64,000 bases of DNA from Dimorphilus gyrociliatus (Eukaryota; Animalia; Annelida), in NCBI GenBank assembly GCA_904063045.1, contig CAJFCJ010000002.1, positions 496,001 through 560,000 on the forward strand, written 5' to 3'. A program made the position numbers and the translations under genes. Shown here one piece after another: positions 1 to 12,700 of the stretch. Under the pieces are notes generated by a model. It did no database searches, was not told where the DNA came from, and worked only from the letters and a program-made list of their open reading frames with translations. Within the stretch, counting starts at the first letter, position 1; each line of letters starts with the position of its first letter.

Positions 1-3000
1 ATCATTGTATCTATCACTTTTTTTTTATCCATTTGGTAAAGGTAACCTTAGATGAGCGATAATAATCGTTAATAATAAGGGAAAACTAGAGAAAAAAAGT
101 AGAAATAATACTATTACAATTGAAAGGCTTCATTGTTTCAAAATGGTCTAACATAGAAAAAACACTGAGCTGCGTAGAACGCTTACCTAAAAATTAACGT
201 GTTTGCAATATTTAATTTTCCTATTTGCGTATGCTATATGTAGAACTAGCGCACTGTACTATATTCGTTACGTATATATTCCTTAATTGGAGTAAAGTAT
301 ATTGATAAAAAAAAACTGTATAGAAATATTTGAATAATTGCATTTTTTAGATATTATATATAATTTTTTTGTATTCCCAGTTTACAAATATCCGCTATTA
401 CGGATAAATAATATTTAAAAGTATGGCATGTAAACTACAAAGTTTATCCCTTTTAAAATACAATAGGTAAGGCTTAAAAATACTTAACGACTTAATATCG
501 CTGGTAGAACAAGCAAGTTTTGTTCTCACTTTTTTTTATTGATCTTGAAATGACTGTTATTAATGGTTGATATATACTTTTCTATATAAACTCCTTTTCA
601 GCAAAAAGAGGGGTTGTATTCTGAGAAACAACAGTGTTTAGATTTCGTTTTATACGCTTTTCCTTTTAGATTGTATTCTTGGAAAATTTATCCTAATTAA
701 AGTAAGCAAATTAACCAAATACATTTGTTACTCTTCTTTTATTTCTCTTTACTTTCCGGGCTGAATTTTCTTTTTAAAAATTTCTAGAAAGGTAAAATTC
801 CTGTATTCTTCAAAACTGAAGAGAAATATTATAGGTGAAGAAGGAAGTGTAGGATCAGCGCAAAAAAAGGCTAATCAACGCTAATGTATAAGTACGAAAA
901 AAAAAAGATTGTTAGTGGTAATACCTAGCTTGTTCCATATTTTTACTGGGCTGCTCTCTTGCACGACGCTTTTATCTTAAAAAAATTCTCTTTTCTTGTT
1001 AAAATTTAATAAATTGAAAATATTTTAAGACATGATTTAATATAGATTGACGGCTGGGAAGCGGATGAGCAAAAATATATTAACCCATGCTCAAACTATA
1101 GTCCATATATAGATTGTTATCATGCCTTATACCTTTCTCCCTGGTCCTTTCACAACAACATACAATTATGGGTTTAAATATACGATATTAGAAATAGACA
1201 CTCAAAAACACGCAGCCTTAAACGTATAAATAGGAAACAAATCTGTTTCCTCAATATTTTTACAGGAAAATTTTGAAGAAAAAATATTTGGAGGATATAA
1301 AACTTATTTGTCGCCCTGTTGTTCACGATGGTTGAGAATTAAGTTGTTATATTTAATAGTTAATGCACCAAATGACACAGTTAATGAATATTTATCATTG
1401 CAAAGTGAAATAGAAGAGTTATAAACATTATAAAAATGCCCCTCTTTCCAACAGTATTTGCTAATAAAATGTACGAATAAAATTATAAGATACTTACTTT
1501 CGAAAAAGCCAAAATAAAGTAATCCCTATTGTTTTATTGAACGAGCAATCCATAAACGCTCAGCCTCATGACGTAAATGAATATGTTCTCTAAACGCCAT
1601 CTATTGGTTGGCGTAACCAAGGAAAATTAGCGAAATTTTTAAATCAGCAGTTGCAGTATTAAATAATAGTAAAAATTCAAATTATAATAAATTATTAATA
1701 TCTTTACACTTATTATATTTTCTCAATAATTGTGTTAATTATTAGCGAATTCTGAAGGCAAAATAAAAAGGCCGTGTCTTAGAATTTTTTATTAAAATTT
1801 TGAGGGTGCGTAAAATAACACTTTTAGCCTTTGAGTTTTTTACATTTCACTAGTACGTATGCCTCTAATAGTTTAGATATTTTTAATGAATGTAAAATTA
1901 TTAAGTACAATATCCTTCTCCTTGTTATCTCTTCGGAAATTTTTAAAGTTCAATATTGAAGCATAATAAATATAGAATAAATATATTGGGAGAATTTCGA
2001 CTGTGACAGGATGGAAGATAATGATGTTACTCTTAGTATAAGTAGTCAAGGTGATATTGACCTTTTTAAAGACTTAATTGAAATTACTAATTAATAAGTT
2101 CTATTTTATATCCTATTTGTAACAATTTTTCCTTACAAAAATGAAGAAACTTTTAAGGAAAATCATTAAATGGAAGGAGAAAAAGAAAGCAAATTTCTGA
2201 AATACTGACACCAGAGCTATTATGGCCTAAATGTAGAAAATATGAAATTAACGTTCCTTTTCAGACATGGTAATCGACGCATTATTGTGCAAAGCTACAA
2301 ATAATTTTTCTTATGAAGCTTCCATTTACTTGGTAAAAGAAGTACAATTTTTAATATAAATTCTCTTTTAGATGTAAATTCTTGAATAAGCTTTCAAAAG
2401 TAAAGAAAATTTCAAACAGTAGTAGAACAGAATTTGAAAATGACGATTTGAATAATTCTAGAATTAAATGGATAAGTGGGTTTCATTATATTCGAACTAG
2501 CCGCTTACATTAAATGTTCATGTAAGGCAAAAAACTTTGCTGTAATTGGCATTCACAACCGGGTATAGTATTGTACGAAGGAAACCCAATCTTCAACAAC
2601 ATTAAAAAGTTATTTGGGAACGTGCCAGATACTTGAAGATCTAATAATTTACTGTATCAAGAAAAATCGAATTATTCTTATGTTTCATTCTTTCAAATTT
2701 CTCAGATAATGGTCTAAAATGTAATTTTTGGATGAGATAGTTTATTAAGTCAGTTGCTTCTCTTCAAGATGTTTGTCGCTTTTCAGATTGAGACAGTGTC
2801 GAAGATTTTAGGCTTATTGAGTAAACCAGACAGGTTAGAATGAAACTCAAAAAAATCAATGACACGAATATTATTCTGTGTAACGATAATACATACTTTT
2901 AGGAGAACATTAATTGTTTACATAATATAAATAGTGGACAGAATTTTTCTGTCCTTTGTATGTAATATAAGTTCCCATTATTCATATGCAAATTTATTAC

Positions 3001-3408
3001 TCTGTACTGATTTCATCCTTTTTTAACATAAATCGTATGGAAATATTTTTGTTAAATACAGACTGCACTTTTCATGGAGGATTTGAGTATGGCATACAGC
3101 ACTTTGGATTTAAGGAAGCTGAATCTTCCTGCTATTAGATGCTGATATCTGGATTACTAAGAGATCTAGATTGAAAGTATACATGCTATAGAGAGCTATC
3201 AAGTTAGATATACAGATGTTACTTAGATTTTCTGCATCTGCATGAAGAGAGCGTATATTAATAACACGAAACGTTATTAAAAAATAGAACTAAGAAATGC
3301 GACAAAGCTTTTTTATTAATAGCAAGAATATCAAAACACTGCGTGTACATTGGCTACTACACTACATTACATTAAAATCATGTAAATCAAGCAAAATAAG
3401 GCACGTAC

Positions 3409-5186
3409 CTAGGCAGTACTAGGGTTAAGCAAGCATAGGATAATCTTTTCGTAATTTCCACCAAGATCGTCCTTAACGAAGTCCTGCAAACTTTGTTCGT
3501 ACAGCTCCCCGAATTTGTCTTGGATATCAGCCAAATCAATCTATTTTGTAATTTTATACATGTATTATACGTTAATTTTGGAAAAATATCCAAGAAATCT
3601 TACCTCGGATCTTGTTACAATAGTCCTTATGAGCTGATCATCGTCAGTCCCGATACCCTTCATCGATTTGTACAAAAGTTCAGCGTAGTAGGCCTTGGAA
3701 TCTCGCACAAATTTAACTGTTGTTTTCATAAAGAATAAAAATTATTGCTATTGCTACTAATCTCAATAATATTATTGCTATCGATTTTCTCTCAAAGTGT
3801 ATTTTACTAACGAATGGTCAAGTAACCGTCCTGAATTGATCCGGAAGTTTCATTGTTAACCACATCCTCCAGGCTTTCGCCAAACATTTCTTCATATTTA
3901 GATAAAACGAGTTGCAAATGGTCATAACTTCTAAGGCACAATATTCTATTAAACTCAGATTCATCCGTTCCAAATCTAGCTTCGCCGGCCTAAAAATTTC
4001 AGCTGTAATAATAAAGATACCACTAGAATTTATTATATAAAATTACCTCGTGTAGTCTAGTTGCATCTTCAGTAGCGACATCTTCATCTGCTGGAATTTC
4101 TTCTCTATCAGCGTTTAAAAGTGATAAGAGTAAACATTTAAAATCTCCAGACGTCTCATTTTCAACATCAACTTCCAATTTTCTGTCATCCTCTTTGTAT
4201 TCTTCCTCATAGATTGCTTTCAACTCTTTCATTTCTATATTAGCTTTTGTCGCAAGAACTTCAATAAGAACCTTTTCGTCTGTGCCGGCTCCTTTCATAG
4301 CATTTCGCAACAATCGTGCCTCATACAGCCGAGATGGAGTGGTAAGGGCAATCAAAACATCCTCAAAATCACCTCCACACTCATCCTTCAGTTCTTCTTG
4401 CAAATCTTTACCGTAACTCTGCTTAAAAACAGAGGCTATCTCTTGTCTTTGCAAATTGGAATGGCTTGCAAACACTTTTATCAATGCACTTTCGTCAGTA
4501 CCTGCAAAAATTGCAAAAGTGTCACTGATAAGTAAGAAAAAATTGTTCACAAGATAAATTTATCAAGGCTATTTTTACCAAATCCATCAATAGCGTTCTT
4601 TACTTTCTCTGCTGACGATGCAGGATCAAAGTCTTCCTTTGGAAATACCTAAAACAATAATATTATATTTATATTGTAAAGAATCATAAATATAAAATTC
4701 TAGATTTTTTATTATTACAAATGATGTATTATTCACTCTGACCTTACTCAAACAAGAACTGGTTTTATAGTTTGACGAGGATAGTCTTACGCAAATATTA
4801 AAGTTTTTTTAAATTGAACAATATTCATGAAAATCAATAAATTTTTATTTCAATTCAAAAGGAGCATTTAAAATGATCATTTATGACGTTGCTTTTTGTT
4901 TATAGCTTGTTTATAATTTATATTGTATTTTTAGCGCATGCAATCAATGGTTTATAAAATTGTAACAAAAATAGCACAGAAAGGTTACAAGAAAATTAAA
5001 AGTATTCATTACATATATATTAGTATATATATAATGACTAAGATGTAACAAAAATCTGTTTAAGAGATAATATGAAAATTCTAATTAAAAGAATTAAAGA
5101 AATTATTGAATTAGATTTTATAGAGTTAATTAATTTTATTTCACCGTCGGTCTGCCAGTTTGTCCAATAGAAACGGAACCACCCAT
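3409..5186 (-). CDS. Annexin, four-repeat core, 329 aa, 6 exons
   Basis: Exons 5186-5145, 4648-4579, 4501-4047, 3989-3812, 3716-3604 and 3540-3409 join with GT-AG boundaries and consistent phases (990 nt). The annexin repeat signatures GFGTDE, GAGTDE, RFGTDE and GIGTDD are all present, plus ETSGDF and DLGGNY. Confidence 0.96.
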
Positions 5187-5263
5187 GATGCTTTATTAGT
5201 TTTTTGATACAAACAGTAGCTGCTGGCTCTAGTTAGGTGAATCTGTCAGTGAGATATGCTCTG

Positions 5264-5287
5264 GTCATATGACGGCATCACGTGATG
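5264..5287. promoter_or_regulatory. Two adjacent palindromic E-boxes (GTCATATGAC and CATCACGTGATG) in the annexin/PTP divergent intergenic region
   Basis: Perfect 10-bp and 12-bp palindromes about 80-100 nt upstream of the annexin ATG, in a GC/CpG-richer patch. Function is inferred from motif similarity only. Confidence 0.4.
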
Positions 5288-6141
5288 TAAAACATTTATT
5301 TACAATCGTCGCCTTTTACATATACATAAAAACCAATGAAGGTTGAAAGATACACCTAAATAAGAGTAAATATTAACAATTTCAAGAAAGAGGTTCTTCA
5401 AGAATTTCTTTTTTTTTTAGATTAATCCTATAAAATAGGCCTGATACTAAAGTCTAAGTATAGAGTTGAATAGAGAAAATTATACTATTAGATTTATTGT
5501 TTTATTTAATATCATTAATAGCTCTATTTGTAGACAGTCTTAATCATGGAATTAATCTGTATGTTGATGCAACAAAAAATATTTCAAAAAGCGTTACAAT
5601 ATCACTCATCTTTGTTGATAGGGAAATAAGTTCATTGATAGTTGAATCTTTCAGTATAGAAATTAGTTATCGAAAATTTCCTTCCTTCACAGTACATATG
5701 CTTTGAAGGGTTCAACAGAATCGTGACTATTTATTTTAGCCTATAGCGCAGGCCTTTTCAAATCTTTTAGGGTGTTAACCTTCCTCATACATTTTTAAAT
5801 CATTGAATACAATCAGTGTTGAAATAGATCCATTATAAAGCATCTTTTGATAGACCTACAATTGATATCTACTTGATTTTGGGAGGATCTACTAGAACTG
5901 TTGAAATCCAAAGACTTTTATAAAAAGAAAAGAGGAATATTGAATGAAAAAAAACGTATTGAATCACCTTGAATATTGGCCGTCGCTTTAGCTATTGTGG
6001 CTGTAAAACGGGCGTTATTGGTTTGATTTTCAGAGGAGACGAAATGTTACTTTAAATATTTTGTTATTAATTCGTAAGATAATATAATATAAATATATAT
6101 ATTTGTTATTCAATTAAACATCCTTTTATTCTTCTCAGACA

Positions 6142-9100
6142 ATGGATCAAGCAGTAATTGTAATAATAGTTCTCTCAGCAATTTTAAGCATTCTTTTGAT
6201 ATTACTAATAATTATAATATTGAGGTAAGCTACTCTGAAATGTAAACTATATTCTTGGATGTTTAATCTGTAGGAGGTTTAAAAATCATTAACTTTCTGG
6301 TAATATCTAGATTAAAGAAGCAAAGACAGTTATGCTTTCGTAATAATAAGAAAAAAAGAAAGAAAAGTAATAATATTCAGTAATTTTATTCAATCTTTAT
6401 AATATTACATTAATATTCAGGAACTGTGAAACATGTAATTGCTCAAGATAATCCTGTTAAAGAGTATACAGACCCGAATTTAAATGATAACGAACGAGTT
6501 ACACCTGTCAGAGATAATTTAGATCATAGAAGAAATTTATCCGAAAAGGGGAAGAATAAATTACCCACTAGGATAAAAGCTGAGGCTTTATTTCAGTATG
6601 TAAAGGAAAACACTATAGGACTCATTAGACAATTTCAGGTAAAGCTCTCTTGGCATTAGTAAAGTTTATCTGATCGAAACCTTTCGTATAGTTTATAAGT
6701 ATAAATTAATTAATGAAGTTTTATTTTTTCAATCTTGTAGGATATACCCTTTCAGTTCTCTGATTTATCGTCTAAAGCATTCGAAAGAGCAGAAAATAAA
6801 GCTAAAAATAAGTATTTAAATATAAAACCTTGTGAGTATATTAGTTATTTAACAAAATAATTTTAAAACCATTGCTTTTTCAGATGACCAGACAAGAGTA
6901 ATATTAAAAACTAATGAAACAGAGATAGAAAGAATGGATACAAAACCAAATTATAACAATTTAAGCAACTTAAAAACTACTTTACATAACGACTACATAA
7001 ATGCCAATTTCATAACTGTAAATATTTCAAACAAACCATATACTACATATTTGTATTGATGAGGACGTTTTAAAAAACTTCTATTTAGGGTTACAACAAT
7101 AGTTCAAGAGAATACGTGGCTAGCCAAGGAACAAAAGAAAATACGGAGGTAGATTTTTGGAGAATGGTATCAACTCTTAAGTCAAATAGGATAGTAATGC
7201 TAACAAAATGTGTTGAATCTTCTGTAATTGAAATAATATATTGAAAAAAGTTTTTTCTATTCTTTTTATGCATATATCTTTTTGTCCAGCTTAAATGTAC
7301 CCATTATTGGCCCAAAGAATTTAATAAAGCAGAGTCTTATGGCCATATAAACGTCACGTTGGAAAAGGAAGACGAATATGCAGATTTTACCGTAAGAACT
7401 TTCAAACTGCATGAGGATGATAATGAGACTGAAGTGCGTCAATATCATTATACTGCTTGGCCAGACAAGGGAGTTCCTGAATTTCCTACTTCCTTATTAG
7501 AATTTAGGGAATTTATTAGAAAGCAGGATGATATTTATGGAAATGCAAGTCCACTTATCGTACATTGCAGGTAAACGTTTCATTGTATTTTAAATCAATC
7601 GATATATCATTAATAATTATAACTTTAAAGTGCTGGCGTCGGAAGGACAGGAACTTTCATATTAATTGATTCCATGTTGAAGATGCAAAAAAAAGAAAAT
7701 TATGTTGATTTGTTCAAGTTCTTATATCAGATGCGCAGAGAGAGAATGTATCTTATTCAAACAGATGTCAGTAATATATTAATGATTAAACGATACCAGG
7801 AAATAATATTCAATTATTAACAAATAATGCAATTATTAAACAGGAGCAGTATATATTTGCTTATAACTCAATAGTAGAGAAGCTTGAAACAGGAGACACA
7901 GCCATAAAAATGGAAGATTTTAAAAGAGTTTACTCACAATTAGTTAAAAATTTTGATTCTCCTGACCAATCGTCAATTTTGCACGGTCATTTTAATGTAT
8001 AAAATTTGTTATATTGCAACGATGTACATAATTATCACAGGCTATATTTTTCCTTATCGTAGAGTTTGAAAAAATTAAGGCCCGCCAAATACATAGATAT
8101 ACACGAAGCAAAAATGCATTTAGACGGCTTTCGGGAAGAAAATAAAGCAAAAAATCGTCGCCTCTCCCTCCTACCTCAAGATAGATATAGACCTTGTCTT
8201 CAGCCTATGACTGGACGAACAAATTATATCAATGCCATTCGCCTGGATGGCAGTCTTCATAAGTCTATATCTAATACGTTATTAATAAAATAAGTATACG
8301 TATTTTTCCCTTAGAAACACTTTTATTATTACACAAGCTCCCATGAAGGATACAATAATCGATTTCTATAGACTAGTTATCGACTCGGCATCATCGGTGG
8401 TGGTGATGCTCAATGAAATAAATAATGAGGTAAATATATTCCCATAGGCTTCTAAAATGACCTCTTTTTGTTTTCAAGGATTGTCCACAGTATTGGCCAG
8501 AGCAAGAGGGAGATCATATGGAATTTGGACCAATTACTGTAAAACTATTGGAACAAGAAGTTAACTTTAATTCGACGATAATTTTCAGTAAACTAGAAAT
8601 ATCACAGACAGAAAATGAAAGGGTTATTACTGGATTTTATTTCCTAACTAACTAATAAACCAATACATACTATTTTTCAGATATTTACAACGACAGTCGA
8701 TCACTATAGATTTACAAACTGGCCAGGAGATAATAGATCGGATGATTCGGTAGTTGATCTTGCCCGATTAATTAATCTTTCTTTCCTCACCCATGATAAT
8801 AAAAAGAGGATTAAACTATCTCCAATAATTGTTCATTGCTTGTAACTATTTTTTTTAAATTCGCAATGATTATTTTAAGAAATATAAATTAGAAGTAAAT
8901 CATATATTAATTTCCCCAGACACGGAACGATAAGGAGTGGCGTTTTTGCAACCGCTGCCTTAGCTTTAGAGAAAATGAAAGTAAATAGAGAAGTGGATAT
9001 TTTTCATTCTTCAAAGTTGGTGCTCGGAAGTAGACCTCAGACAATAGATTCAGCTGTAAGTTCTAAAACATATTCCATTAGAAAAAGCTAATATATCATG

Positions 9101-9204
9101 TATATTTTTCCTTTCGTTTTTAAAACAAGGATGCCTATCGATTATGTTATGACATTGTATATAGCTACCTCGAACTGTTGACACACAATGAGATCGAATG
9201 GTAA
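6142..9204 (+). CDS. Receptor-like protein tyrosine phosphatase with N-terminal transmembrane anchor and tandem D1/D2 domains
   Basis: First coding exon 6142-6224 encodes MDQAVIVIIVLSAILSILLILLIIIIL. Spliced D1 motifs: KNKYLNIKPYD, DYINANF, DFWRMV, KCTHYWP, WPDKGVP, VHCSAGVGRTG (split by an intron) and IQTDEQY. Degenerate D2 motifs: NYINA, ITQAPMKDT, YWP, WPGD, VHCLHGTIRSG. Stop TAA at 9202-9204. Confidence 0.93.
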
Positions 9205-9580
9205 ACTAGTTAACCCAGAGACATTTGTTTATAAAAATTGCCATGTATACTATTTATACATATCAATGTGTTTATATTAATCGACAATGAATGAGTCTTA
9301 TTTCGTACTCTAATAATAATTTCAATTGTTGGGCAGAAGGTTTTAATTAAAAAAATACACTTGAAACAATCATTACAGAATAAGATATCAGACTGTGCGC
9401 TAACGGTTCACAATTCTTTTCATTATTGAGTTATGTTACTAAACTATTACGCAATCGATAGAAAATTAAATCAATTTCAAAAAAATCTGCATTGCTTGTA
9501 TGACATGTATTAGACTTGATTCATACCAAGCTATTTCAAAACTAATTTATTTTAAATTAGATGTGATATTTTAATTTAGC

Positions 9581-9600
9581 CACTAGCGCCACCTCTGCAG
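9581..9600 (-). promoter_or_regulatory. CTCF-like motif (minus strand GCAGAGGTGGCGCTAGTG)
   Basis: Matches the AGRKGGCGCTA core of the CTCF consensus. It lies between the PTP 3' end and the cadherin start. Motif match only. Confidence 0.3.
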
Positions 9601-9710
9601 CATTCTTGAAACTTTTCCGCTCAGTTATATCATTAAAGAATCGTCTGAACAGAATTGTTTCTTTTTTTATTTGATACTACAACTTCCCGAAAGGGAACAC
9701 CCTTCCTGGT

Positions 9711-12700
9711 ATGAAATACTTAGGTTGTTTGATTGTATTTTTACTGGCTTTCTGTGATGTCAAAGGTAAGGATAAGATCCTCTCTTTATAATTAAAAACA
9801 ACGAAACTAGATAAAATTACGACCAAACGACAAATATTAAAAACTTGCTAGAATTATAACTTTTAATAAATTAAAAAGTTAAAACATTTCCAAAAAGCAT
9901 ATTCTTAAGAAAAAGGATTGTCTTCGAGAGGAAAAAACGCTATAAATATACCGCACTTTCCTATTTGGAGTGATGCTCTTACAGTGCAAATCGAAAGCGC
10001 TGCCCTAATAAAAACCCAATGAATTGAACGGAAGCTATTCTTGTTCGGAAAGTTCTTTTTTCAAAATATTGACAGCTCTAACGCCATTAGCTCTTGATTG
10101 GAAATCAGTTATTTAAACGTAATAATACGCTTGATAATTCTCTTTAACTTTTCTCTTTTTCCTTTTATTTAAGTTAAAATTACCTGATCAGTAAATGTAG
10201 AATGAAGCATAAAGTAATTGAATGAAAAGAGCATATGTTACTTATATATGAATAGATTTAGCGGGTATCCATAGTCAAAAGAAAATAATCTCTATTTTCT
10301 TAAGATTTATTTATATTAATTTGATATAGATGTTAGAATAAGCAAAGTTAAAAACCTAATTAACTGAGTTTTATTCATGACATTTTTAATTTAATTTTGC
10401 ACCAAAAGTGAACCAAACGATTATTGAAAAATCGATTGTTTAAGATTATTCACAAATCACTCTGTTAAAAACCCTTTTTTGAACGAAAATTAATATGAGA
10501 AACAATCGGATTTAGACTATTAAACTAATTAATAATGATTTGTTATACGCAAATTGTTTGAGTAATAAGATGTAGTTTTTTAGTTGTTGTTTGAGCTTTT
10601 CGGGAAACATTAAAATCGATGTTAATTAGAATCAATATTTGGATTTGTTTATAGTGATGCTGGAAGATAGAAATATAGATTTCTAATTGATGTTTATTTG
10701 TTGCCATATAAACCAACCAATTACTTTATGTTGTATGTTACTGTTTTCATGGCAATATACTCACAGTACATATCACTTAATTGCATAAAAGTTTTATAAA
10801 ATCAATACGTAACAATTCTAAAAATTTTCTATTTATATTCAGAATAACCGTTGATAATTTCTTTATCATTAGATTTATCTATTCCTGCATATATATCCAG
10901 CATACAGTATATACAATACTAAAACTTAGTCTATTTTATACATTAAAAAGGCTATACTGTAGAAAAAGTACTATTGATAGCATAATTATTTTATAAAAAT
11001 CTTCTTAGGAACATTATCCTTCACTTCTCCCTCGGCTAACTCGGAGGTTCACTTGACTGAAAACAATAATGGTGACGCCGCATCACCTGTTACCATTTCT
11101 TTCAACCTGGAATCGAATGGAGGCGTAACACCTTATACTTATTCAATAGTAAGTGGGGGTGACAGCAAGTTTGAAATCGATACTTCTCCAGATCCTGATA
11201 TTTTTCGTCAAAAGTCTGGCGCTTTATTTGATTATGAAACAACTTCATCGTACACAATTGAGTTGAAAGTTATTGATAGCACTGGCGGTACCAGCCTTAC
11301 TGCTTCTGTAACTTTCACCGTTATAGTGGATGATTGGAACGACGAAACCCCTCAACTCGGTTCAGCTTCTTATACAGCATCAGTTGATGAATCTCAAGAT
11401 CCTGGTGCTGCTGTAACTCTCTCGCCAACTATATCGTCATCAGATGGCGATGCAATTGACAATGGAAATCTAAGATATAGCTTGACAGGGGCTGACTCTA
11501 CGTATTTTCAAATAAATGCGGTAAATGGAATCTTAAAAACATCATCAATTCTAGATGCTGATCCCTCTGGAAAAACTTACACAAATGTAAAAATCGTAGT
11601 AACTGATTTGGCGGGAAAGACCTCAACTGCTGCAGTCACAGTTACTGTTAATGACTTGAATGATGTCGTTCCCACATGCGATCCTTCAGTGTACTATGCG
11701 TCCATTAACGAAAACACTGCAGGTAAGAAACTTGATTGTACTAAATAATTAAAATATATTTGAAAATAAAAACAGTCAGCACATCACTATTGCAATTCTC
11801 TTGCACGGATACTGACAATACCGCCTCCTTTAAAGCTTTAACATTTTCAATAACTTCTGGGGATGATACGGGATCAGAAAAATTTCAAATAGCAAATACA
11901 AACGAATTACATACAACAACTACATCTTGCGACTATGAGGACTTAACTCAACAAAAATATACATTGGCTGTCACAGTTAAGGATGCAACAACAAACTTTA
12001 ATAGTGTCAATATAACAGCAATAATAAATGTACATATGAAAAAAAAACTGTCATACAAAACTAAAAAATACTAATTTCAGATAAATCCTATTAACGACAA
12101 CACACCCACGTGGTCATCTACGCCCACTGGTGGGTCATTTTATGAGAATCAAACAATCGGCGAGATACTCACTACATTGCAGGCTACTGACACAGACAAG
12201 GGAGCGAATGGAGACAATACCTTATCATATCACATAATTTCAGCAACTACACAAACGTCCGCTGATTCCTCGGCACTATTCAAAATAGATCCAATCACAG
12301 GAAATATTCTGACAGTCGCATCCCTAGATAAGGATACTGGCATAACAGAACACAGACTGGTAGTGAAGGCACAGGATGACGGAACTTCTCCTGGTATAAA
12401 GAGTGTGACGGCTTCCATAACATATACAATACTTGACTACAACGAATTTCAACCAACGTTTGACAAAACAATCTACACTGTCAGTATAAATGAAAATACC
12501 AACGTAGGTACAACAATCCAAACATTAACTGCAACTGACCAAGACGACACAAGTGCCTTTACCTTTAGGTAAGCAAACAATCATTAAATAAAAACAGCAA
12601 ATCATCACAAAATTCATCCGTTTATCAATATTCATGTTAGTAATAATGAAATCTTTATTTATTTAAAAAGTTTTGGAACCGGTAATGAATTGGATCATTT

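Noticed and set aside
753-975. Two minus-strand exon-like segments (975-925 and 870-753) that splice in phase (DKSVVQESSPVKIWNKL-AFFCADPTLPSSP...)
   Set aside because: Could not be extended up- or downstream without stops, and no family was recognised. It may be part of a real gene but cannot be supported as a feature.
2936-2954. Perfect 8-bp hairpin GGACAGAA-TTT-TTCTGTCC
   Set aside because: Single short inverted repeat expected by chance in 64 kb, with no supporting context.
2011-3150. Plus-strand exon-like pieces (MEDNDVTLSISSQ, GKSLNGRRKRKQ..., IETVSKILGLLSKPD, TALFMEDLSM...) and an LFRHGNR resembling a histidine-phosphatase motif
   Set aside because: No consistent spliced ORF could be built, and the RHG motif lacks the downstream RxP context. 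RNA-seq is needed.
3387-3738. Short ORFs in the track overlapping the annexin 3' exons
   Set aside because: Alternative-frame or antisense shadows of the annexin CDS.
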